DNA of 64,000 bases from Actinomycetota bacterium. GTDB lineage: Bacteria; Actinomycetota; Humimicrobiia; Humimicrobiales; Humimicrobiaceae. The position numbers were made by a program, and so were the translations under genes. Below are positions 56,991 through 64,000 of the stretch, one piece after another. The DNA is taken from the NCBI GenBank assembly GCA_034660395.1, contig JAYEJA010000040.1:4434-68433 (forward strand), read 5' to 3'. Numbering within the stretch: the first letter of the stretch is position 1; every line of letters begins with the position of its first letter. The notes under the pieces were generated by a model. The model was not told where the DNA came from and did not search any database. It saw nothing but the letters and a program-made list of their open reading frames with translations.

Positions 56991-58007
56991 ATGAAAGCTT
57001 TATTTTGCTACAGCAGCGATAAATTCGTACTTGAAGAAATGCCCGTACCCCGGATAAAAAAAGACGAAATGCTTATGGAGATGGTATATACCGGCCTGTG
57101 CGGGTCGGATATTATAAAAATCTTTGACCCGGAAGTAAAAAAGCCGGCGGTATTCGGGCATGAGGTAGTGGGAAGGATAGTTGAGACAGGCAATGATGTA
57201 GAAAAGTTTAAAAAAGGGGATTTAGTGGTGGCAGCTCATCATATACCGTGTTACCGGTGCCAATACTGCCTGCATGGCAACTATTCGATGTGCAGGCATT
57301 TTAAGGATACTAATATATACCCGGGAGCATTCAGCCAGTATATAAAATTGTCAAAAGAGCATATAGATTATACGGTTTTTAAGATTCCTTCCGGCAGTAA
57401 TTTGCTTGAGGTATTATTCATGGAACCGCTTGCCTGCTGCGTAAGGGCGATGGATAGAGTCAATTTTTTAAAAAATGATATTTTTGCCGTAGTGGGGACG
57501 GGAGTAATGGGAATGTTATTCATCCAGCTTATTAAGTTGATGGGCGGCAGGGCGGCAGCAGTTGATATTGATGATAAAAGGTTATCCCTTGCAGGAAAAT
57601 TGGGCGCGGAATTTACCATTAATCCGTTAAAATCAAATGCGGTAAAAAAAATTAAAGAATTTACCGGCACAGGCGCAGATATAGCAGTACTTTCTGTAAC
57701 GAACACCAGTACCCTGCAGGCGGCTCTTATGTATTTGAGGGAAGGCGGAACGGCATTAATCTTTGGCTCATCAGAGAATAAAAGCAGCGTAGAGGTGAAT
57801 TTCTGGAATATATACAGGAGGGAACTGTCCATAATCAGCTCATATTCTGCTGCCCCGGATGCACTTAAACGTTCTTATGATCTAATAACCGGAGGGAAAT
57901 TAAATCTTTCTCCCCTTATATCAAAGGCAATACCGCTGGAGGATTTTAAGAAGGGCCTTGATTTGATGCTTCAGAATAAGGTGTATAAGGCCATTTTTAA
58001 AATTTGA
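56991..58007 (+). CDS. Second zinc-dependent MDR dehydrogenase
   Basis: CGSDI..GHE, CYRCQYC, GTGVMG. Confidence 0.8.
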   Translation: MKALFCYSSDKFVLEEMPVPRIKKDEMLMEMVYTGLCGSDIIKIFDPEVKKPAVFGHEVVGRIVETGNDVEKFKKGDLVVAAHHIPCYRCQYCLHGNYSMCRHFKDTNIYPGAFSQYIKLSKEHIDYTVFKIPSGSNLLEVLFMEPLACCVRAMDRVNFLKNDIFAVVGTGVMGMLFIQLIKLMGGRAAAVDIDDKRLSLAGKLGAEFTINPLKSNAVKKIKEFTGTGADIAVLSVTNTSTLQAALMYLREGGTALIFGSSENKSSVEVNFWNIYRRELSIISSYSAAPDALKRSYDLITGGKLNLSPLISKAIPLEDFKKGLDLMLQNKVYKAIFKI

Positions 58008-58023
58008 AAGACATTTTTAAATT

Positions 58024-59331
58024 ATGTTTTTAGATGAAGCAAAAATTAACGTAAAGGCTGGTAACGGCGGAAACGGCATGACAGCTTTTTTTAAATTAAA
58101 AGGCGGAAGGAAAAAAGTTGCCAGCGGGGGAAAGGGAGGAAAAGGCGGAGATGTGATAATTCAGGCATCTTCAGAGTTAAGCACTTTATATGGGTTTAAA
58201 AAGAAAATCCACTTTAAGGCAAAAAACGGCAGAAACGGGGAGCCTAATAACAGGAAGGGCGAGGACGGCAGTGATTTAATTATAAAGGTTCCGGAAGGCA
58301 CAGTTCTTATGGATAGCAGCGGCAGGGTAATTGAAGATTTAGACAGAGCGGGAAAGAAGATTCTTATCGCCGGGGGCGGTATTGGCGGAAGGGGAAATGC
58401 AAGTTTCGTATCCTCCAAAAGGAGGTTCCCTGCATTTGCGGAGAAAGGTGAGAAGACGGAAAGTTTCTGGATTAATCTTGAATTAAGACTGATAGCGGAT
58501 GTATCGCTGGTCGGTTTTCCAAATTGCGGCAAGTCTACTATAATAAGCAGGATATCTGCTGCGAGGCCAAAAATAGCTGATTACCCTTTTACCACCTTAA
58601 TCCCCAACCTTGGGGTGGTAACCGTGGACGAGGGAAATTTTGTGATAGCGGATGTTCCCGGCTTTATAAAGGGAGCGCATAAGGGTTCGGGCCTCGGAGA
58701 TAAATTTTTAAAGCATGTAACCCGCTCCGGCTTGCTGGCCGTAGTTCTTGATGGCGAGAGAATTGTGGACCGGAGAGAAGACATAATAGAAACTTTTAAT
58801 GTCTTGAGGGAAGAGGTAAGGTTATATGACAGGGATTTATTTAAAAAGGATTTTGTGGTTTTAATAAATAAGATTGACTTAATAAGTGATAATGATAAGT
58901 TAAATAAAATAAAAAGCATTCTTGAAAATAAAAGCAAAAAAAGTGTTTTTTTGATATCGGCAGTTACCGGCGAGGGTCTTGACCGTATGGTATGGAGCTT
59001 ATATGGCAAGGTTAAGGATTTAAGGGAATCCGCAGGCAGCGTTAAAGAAGCGGAGGATAAAAAAGCCGGCAGGGTAAGAATATATGATTCTGTTAAAAAA
59101 GTTGACGATATGGGGAAAATTGTTGTTGAAAAAAGCGGTGGAGAGTATATTTTAAAAAACAAAAAACTTGAAAGAATAGTAGCAATGACCGACCTGGAAA
59201 ATGAGGAAGCGCTCGGTTATTTGATGTATAGATTTAAAAAGATGGGCATTGCCGACAGGTTAAAAAAACAAGGCATTAAGGAAGGAAGCACGATTATTAT
59301 AGGAAACCTTGTTTTCTCGCTGAAGGACTAA
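58024..59331 (+). CDS. obg: GTPase Obg
   Basis: Glycine-rich Obg fold (GGNGG..GGKGGKGG), G-domain GFPNCGKST, C-terminal OCT domain. Confidence 0.95.
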   Translation: MFLDEAKINVKAGNGGNGMTAFFKLKGGRKKVASGGKGGKGGDVIIQASSELSTLYGFKKKIHFKAKNGRNGEPNNRKGEDGSDLIIKVPEGTVLMDSSGRVIEDLDRAGKKILIAGGGIGGRGNASFVSSKRRFPAFAEKGEKTESFWINLELRLIADVSLVGFPNCGKSTIISRISAARPKIADYPFTTLIPNLGVVTVDEGNFVIADVPGFIKGAHKGSGLGDKFLKHVTRSGLLAVVLDGERIVDRREDIIETFNVLREEVRLYDRDLFKKDFVVLINKIDLISDNDKLNKIKSILENKSKKSVFLISAVTGEGLDRMVWSLYGKVKDLRESAGSVKEAEDKKAGRVRIYDSVKKVDDMGKIVVEKSGGEYILKNKKLERIVAMTDLENEEALGYLMYRFKKMGIADRLKKQGIKEGSTIIIGNLVFSLKD

Positions 59332-59352
59332 ATTTAATTTTCGGGGTAGTAA

Positions 59353-60489
59353 ATGAAAAATAGGAATAAATATATTAAAAAAGTAAAGAGGCTGGTTGTA
59401 AAAATAGGGTCAAGCAGTATCACTTCCAGAGGGAAGGGGCTTAATATAGACAGCATAGAAAAACTTGTGGGGGAAATCAGCCTGCTCAGGAAAAAGGGTA
59501 TTGAAGTTATGGTGGTAACAAGCGGAGCTATTGCTGCGGGTCTTGAAAGTTTAGATATCAAAAAGAAGCCGGAAGAGCTGTCTATGCTCCAGGCGGCTGC
59601 TTCAGCGGGGCAGGTCGAGCTTATGAGTATTTACGGTAAGTTATTTTTAGAGCGCGGAATAAAAACAGGGCAGATACTTTTAACTCATGAAGATACGACA
59701 AGGAGGAAGCAGTACCTTAATATAAAAAATACGATTGAAACTTTGATTCGCCTGGAAATTGTACCTGTAGTCAACGAAAATGACAGTGTAGCGGTGGATG
59801 AAATAAAATTTGGAGACAATGACCAGCTGGCTGCGATGGTTGCTGTTTTAACAGAAGCCGATATGCTTATAATTCTAACAGATACCGAGGGAGTATATGA
59901 CAAGGATCCCCGGATTCACAGCGATGCAAAGCTGCTGTCCCATATAGATAAAATAAGTGACGATATAGAGGATGCTGCCGGGGGAATAGGGTCTGCATAT
60001 GGTATCGGGGGAATGAAGTCAAAAATAAAGGCGGCAAAGATTTGCTCTTTTTCCGGAATAGATACGGTAGTTGCCGGCAGTAAGAAAAGCGATGTCCTTA
60101 ATAAAATTATTTCTGGAGATGACATCGGAACCTATTTTGCCCCCGGAGGCGAAAAAAGAGTAAAGGGAGTTAAAAAATGGATAGCTTTCGGTAAAAGGAC
60201 CAGGGGAGTTATAGTTATTGACAGAGGGGCGCAGGACGTTATATTAAATAAAGGCAAGAGCATACTGGCAGTAGGCATACTGGAGGTAAAAGGGAGATTC
60301 AGCAAGGGGGATACCCTCAGGGTGCTTTCGACTGATGGAAGGTTGATTGCAAAGGGTATAAGTAATTTTTCAAGTGAGGATATGGAAAAAATAAAAGGGA
60401 AAAATAAACAAAAAATTCTTTCTGATTTCGGTCCGTCAATGAGTGATGAAGTGATTCACAGAGATTATCTTGTTGTATTTAAAGAATAA
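59353..60489 (+). CDS. proB: Glutamate 5-kinase with a PUA domain
   Basis: VVKIGSSSIT.., amino-acid kinase fold, C-terminal PUA. Confidence 0.9.
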   Translation: MKNRNKYIKKVKRLVVKIGSSSITSRGKGLNIDSIEKLVGEISLLRKKGIEVMVVTSGAIAAGLESLDIKKKPEELSMLQAAASAGQVELMSIYGKLFLERGIKTGQILLTHEDTTRRKQYLNIKNTIETLIRLEIVPVVNENDSVAVDEIKFGDNDQLAAMVAVLTEADMLIILTDTEGVYDKDPRIHSDAKLLSHIDKISDDIEDAAGGIGSAYGIGGMKSKIKAAKICSFSGIDTVVAGSKKSDVLNKIISGDDIGTYFAPGGEKRVKGVKKWIAFGKRTRGVIVIDRGAQDVILNKGKSILAVGILEVKGRFSKGDTLRVLSTDGRLIAKGISNFSSEDMEKIKGKNKQKILSDFGPSMSDEVIHRDYLVVFKE

Positions 60490-60538
60490 TTTCATTGGCT
60501 GTTTTGTGTTATAATAAGTTAAAAAGCTGGAGGATTTA

Positions 60539-61795
60539 TTGGATAAAGTACTGGATATAGCAAGAAAAGCTAAGGATAGCACCAGGTTCATTTCTAATGC
60601 AGGCACCAATATTAAAAATAAGATACTTTATGATATCTCAAAGCATATTGTCAGGGGTGCCGGGGAAATTATTAAAGAGAACAAAAAGGACCTGGAAGTA
60701 TCCAGGAAGAACGGTGTTTCAGAAAGCCTGATGGACAGGCTGAAGCTGGACCGGGAGAGGATAGAGAAAAGGGCTGAAAGTATAGATAAAGTAATAAAGT
60801 TTACAGACCCTATTGGCGAGGTAATCTCCGGATATAATCTTCCGAATGGACTGATTTTAAAAAATGTAAGGGTCCCGCTGGGTGTAGTGGGGATAATATA
60901 CGAAGCGAGGCCGGAGGTAACCATAGATGCGTCTGTTTTATGCCTTAAGGCGGGAAATTGTATAATTTTGAGAGGAAGTTCCCATGCACTCAATACCAAT
61001 AAAAAACTGGTAGAAATAATGGCGAGAGCTCTTAAGGATAATAATTTCCCGGAAAGTGTCATACAGATTATACCGTCTGCCGGGAGGGAAGATGTCACCA
61101 GGCTGATGCAGTTAAGGGGATATATAGATGTTCTTTTCCCCAGGGGAGGAAAGGGCCTGATTGATAGTATAGTTAATAACTCAAAGGTCCCGGTTATAGA
61201 AACCGGAGTTGGTAACTGCCATATTTATATAGATAGTATTTTCGGAGGCATAGAAAGGGAAAAGATTGCAGGAATGGTTATAAATTCAAAAACCCAGAGG
61301 CCTGCCGTGTGTAATGCCGCAGAGAAATTGCTGGTTCATAAAGATGCCGCGGCAGAAATTCTTCCCTTTGTTCTCAAGAAGCTTGAAGATAAAAATGTCG
61401 AGCTGCTGGGGTGTCCTGAAACCAAAAAAATATATCCTTCGGTTAAGACGGCTTCCGAAGAAGACTGGTATAGGGAATACCTTGATTACAGGATGGCTGT
61501 TAAGGTGGTCGAAAGCGTAGAAGAAGCAGTAAGCCATATAAATAAGTACGGTTCCCATCATACTGAAACCATAATAACATCAAGCTATGAAAATTCTGTT
61601 TATTTCACCAGGGAAATAGACTCATCTACTGTTTTTGTTAATGCGTCCACGAGGTTCACGGACGGTGAGCAGTTTGGAATGGGTTCTGAAATCGGCATAA
61701 GCACCCAGAAGCTTCACTGGCGCGGGCCTATGGGCTTAAGGGAACTTACTACAAATAAATTTATAGTATATGGTCAGGGACAGATAAGAAAATAA
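60539..61795 (+). CDS. proA: Gamma-glutamyl phosphate reductase
   Basis: ALDH-fold, catalytic Cys context (NASTRFTDG). TTG start with SD GGAGG. Confidence 0.9.
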   Translation: MDKVLDIARKAKDSTRFISNAGTNIKNKILYDISKHIVRGAGEIIKENKKDLEVSRKNGVSESLMDRLKLDRERIEKRAESIDKVIKFTDPIGEVISGYNLPNGLILKNVRVPLGVVGIIYEARPEVTIDASVLCLKAGNCIILRGSSHALNTNKKLVEIMARALKDNNFPESVIQIIPSAGREDVTRLMQLRGYIDVLFPRGGKGLIDSIVNNSKVPVIETGVGNCHIYIDSIFGGIEREKIAGMVINSKTQRPAVCNAAEKLLVHKDAAAEILPFVLKKLEDKNVELLGCPETKKIYPSVKTASEEDWYREYLDYRMAVKVVESVEEAVSHINKYGSHHTETIITSSYENSVYFTREIDSSTVFVNASTRFTDGEQFGMGSEIGISTQKLHWRGPMGLRELTTNKFIVYGQGQIRK

Positions 61796-61796
61796 A

Positions 61797-62429
61797 GTGA
61801 TAAAAAGCGACAAAAATAAAAAAATTGGAATTATGGGTGGAACCTTTAACCCGATACATAACGGGCATCTGGTAACTGCGCAGGAAGCATTAAGCCAGTT
61901 TAATCTTGATAAGGTATTATTTATCCCGACAGGTAATCCGCCCCATAAGGTAGAGGATAATCTGGTAAGCGCCGAAGACAGGTTCATTATGACTGTTATT
62001 GCCACTTCTTCCAACAGCAACTTTTTCGTTTCAAGAATGGAAGTGGAAAGAAAAGGCGAATCATATACCATAGATACTCTGCGCGAGCTAAAAAAGACAT
62101 ACGGCAGGGATTCACAGCTGTTTTTTATAACCGGCGCAGATGCCATACTTGAAATATTGACATGGAAAGATACAGATGAGATTGTCAATCTCTGCAGGTT
62201 TATAGCAGCGACAAGACCGGGGTATGATATTACACGGCTGGAGGAATTAAGAAGAAAGTTTTTCAGTAAAAGCGCCGATGCTGATAAAAGGATATTTGTA
62301 ATGGAGATACCGGCTCTTTCTATTTCTTCCACTGATATAAGGAGAAGGGTAAAAAGCAGCAGGCCGATTGATTATCTGCTTCCCGAAGGAGTCACCAATT
62401 ATATATTAAAACATGGATTTTATAAATAA
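61797..62429 (+). CDS. nadD: Nicotinate-nucleotide adenylyltransferase
   Basis: IGIMGGTFNPIHNGH (HxGH). Confidence 0.9.
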   Translation: MIKSDKNKKIGIMGGTFNPIHNGHLVTAQEALSQFNLDKVLFIPTGNPPHKVEDNLVSAEDRFIMTVIATSSNSNFFVSRMEVERKGESYTIDTLRELKKTYGRDSQLFFITGADAILEILTWKDTDEIVNLCRFIAATRPGYDITRLEELRRKFFSKSADADKRIFVMEIPALSISSTDIRRRVKSSRPIDYLLPEGVTNYILKHGFYK

Positions 62430-63024
62430 GCTTAGCTTAACAGGGGAACAAAAAAAGTATCTGAATAACTTGAATAGAAAAATAAAAAATATAATGCCGG
62501 AAGAGCTATACAGGCATTCTATAAATACTCTTGAATTTGCAAATGATATAGCCGAGAGAACTTTTTCGGAGCTTGACCTGTTCGGCCTGAGTGTTGCATG
62601 TATTTTGCATGATTATGGTAAAATATTCAGCTATGAAGAGCTTGTAAAGATAGTAGAGAAGAATAAACTTGAGGTAAGTGATTTTGAATTAAATAGTGCG
62701 GGGATGCTGCACAGCTTTGTTGGTGATTACCTTGTTTCAAGGGATTTTAATATTTATGAAAAAAAGATACTTAAGGCAATTAAATTTCATACCATCGGTT
62801 ATTGTGATATGAGAACGGAAGATAAGATTTTATTTATTGCCGATAAGATTGAAAAGGGCAGGAATTATAAGGGAGTGGAGTGTTTAAGAGAGTCTGCTTT
62901 TAAAAATTTAAATTTATGCTTATTAGAGATTTATAAAAATACTATAATATATATAGTGAAGGGAAATAAGTTGTTGCATCCTGATACATCTAAAATTTGG
63001 AATAATATTTGTGGAGGTATTTGA
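62413..63024 (+). CDS. yqeK: HD-domain phosphohydrolase YqeK (bis(5'-nucleosyl)-tetraphosphatase-like)
   Basis: H..HD..K motifs (HSINTLEFAND, LHDYGK). Overlaps the nadD end. Confidence 0.8.
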   Translation: MDFINKLSLTGEQKKYLNNLNRKIKNIMPEELYRHSINTLEFANDIAERTFSELDLFGLSVACILHDYGKIFSYEELVKIVEKNKLEVSDFELNSAGMLHSFVGDYLVSRDFNIYEKKILKAIKFHTIGYCDMRTEDKILFIADKIEKGRNYKGVECLRESAFKNLNLCLLEIYKNTIIYIVKGNKLLHPDTSKIWNNICGGI

Positions 63025-63025
63025 T

Positions 63026-64000
63026 ATGTCTTTTGATGAAGATGATGAATGGTTGAAAAAAGATGACTCTGATGAAGATGATTTTTACAACCTTGATGAC
63101 GGAAATGAAAAAAGCAATGGTTCTATGGATGACTTCTTAAAAGATGAAGACTTTGAGATTGAAAGATACAGGGAAGAACAGAAAGAAGAAAAAGAAGAAG
63201 AAGAGGAAGAAGAAGGATCCAGGGAAATAGAGGGTGTTAGAAGCAGAAGGACGAGACAGAGAAAGAAAAAAAGAAAAGGTGTCCTGATAATAGTTGCTGT
63301 AGTTCTCGCGGTGGTCATGGTTGCTGCAGGGATAGTTTTCTGGGTTGTTCCATGGGCTAAAGATAAGTTTTTCAATAAGGAGGTAGCAACTGATGAGGAT
63401 AGGATTGATGTACCGGAATCCCTCGCCCTGGGCAAAAACGTAAATTTGGTTTTCGCCTGTGCCGGTGAAAACCTGCTGGAGCCCGATATCAGTACGATAG
63501 TATTTTCAAGTTACTATAGCAGTGAGAATAAATTAATTTCACTATGCATTCCTCCGAAAACTCTTATGGATATACCTACCATGGGCGCGGAAATGATAGG
63601 CAGGTCGGTAAATGAAGGAGGAATGGACCTGCTGGATCTTTCTTTGGAAAATAATCTTGGTATGGATATAGAAGTAGACTATCATATCCTTTTTGATGTA
63701 TATAATACGGTTAACGAGCTGGGCGGTATAGTTCTGGAACTGGAGGATGGCGCAACGGTAAAGAATTATGATGACGGCTCCACTTTTAACCTGGAGAAGG
63801 GTGAGAATCTTATAGACGGCGCAGAAGCATTGAATTTCCTAAAATTTTTTAGCGGTATGGAGGAGAACGTGCCTATAGAAAGTATTACGAACCAGAAGCT
63901 TATCATAGATGCAATTATCAAAAAAGTTGCAGGTGAGAGCGATGAAGACCTGTCAGCTAATATGAATTTAATAAAGGATTATATGGATACCAATCTAAGT
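63026..64000 (+). CDS. LytR-CpsA-Psr (LCP) family protein, 5' portion. The gene continues beyond the window.
   Basis: Acidic N-terminus with a poly-Glu tract, one TM helix, then the LCP core (NLVFAC..DTN). No stop before the window end. It is absent from the ORF track for that reason. Confidence 0.65.
   Translation, partial: MSFDEDDEWLKKDDSDEDDFYNLDDGNEKSNGSMDDFLKDEDFEIERYREEQKEEKEEEEEEEGSREIEGVRSRRTRQRKKKRKGVLIIVAVVLAVVMVAAGIVFWVVPWAKDKFFNKEVATDEDRIDVPESLALGKNVNLVFACAGENLLEPDISTIVFSSYYSSENKLISLCIPPKTLMDIPTMGAEMIGRSVNEGGMDLLDLSLENNLGMDIEVDYHILFDVYNTVNELGGIVLELEDGATVKNYDDGSTFNLEKGENLIDGAEALNFLKFFSGMEENVPIESITNQKLIIDAIIKKVAGESDEDLSANMNLIKDYMDTNLS

Noticed and set aside
63085-63435. 116-aa minus-strand Ser-rich ORF
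   Set aside because: Antisense to the acidic, GAA-repeat-containing N-terminus of the LCP gene. It is a low-complexity artefact.

Overview
Bacterial chromosomal window of about 64 kb, roughly 38-40% GC by eye, with AT-rich intergenic regions, almost all genes on the + strand, tRNA genes that encode their 3' CCA, and Firmicutes-like gene order (the organism is not identified). Most of it is housekeeping. The rows are trpF(partial)-trpB-trpA; a six-gene GDP-mannose/GDP-6-deoxyhexose sugar operon (GT2, Rmd-like, GDP-mannose pyrophosphorylase-like, Gmd, phosphohexomutase, SIS-type PGI/PMI); ahcY-mtnA and a second NDP-sugar-pyrophosphorylase-like gene; comF-like, a cold-shock gene, hpf, secA, prfB (with the classic +1 frameshift), ftsE-ftsX-M23 peptidase-ctpA, smpB-tmRNA; ilvD; yggS, murI, rph, rdgB; a 7-tRNA cluster; tig-clpP-clpX-valS-folC; ndk, maf-mreBCD-mrdA-rodA; the radical-SAM TIGR03960/DUF2344 pair, RNase E/G, rplU-rpmA, a split short-chain chromate-transporter pair (minus strand), two tandem Zn-dependent dehydrogenases, obg-proB-proA-nadD-yqeK, and a partial LCP-family gene at the 3' edge. 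The accessory content is small but clear. (1) An intact 2785-bp IS1595-family transposable unit (27147..29931) with perfect 25-bp terminal inverted repeats and an 8-bp target duplication TTAATTTA. It carries a translationally coupled beta-class DNA amino-methyltransferase, a minus-strand tRNA-like sequence with an aberrant anticodon loop, and a PD-(D/E)xK protein that is a candidate restriction endonuclease. Its two promoters both give leaderless mRNAs. It is inserted in the 3' end of a small ORF downstream of ilvD. (2) A PIN/RHH toxin-antitoxin cassette (minus strand) bracketed by ~40-bp near-identical direct repeats, with a palindrome just upstream of the likely antitoxin start. Three genes that are clearly real by homology (a cspA-like gene, rplU, and the upstream chromate-transporter half) have no ATG/GTG/TTG start in frame. 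In rplU and csp a strong Shine-Dalgarno sits 5 nt upstream of an AUU/AUA codon, which suggests genuine non-canonical initiation, or alternatively 1-nt assembly errors. No CRISPR array was found.
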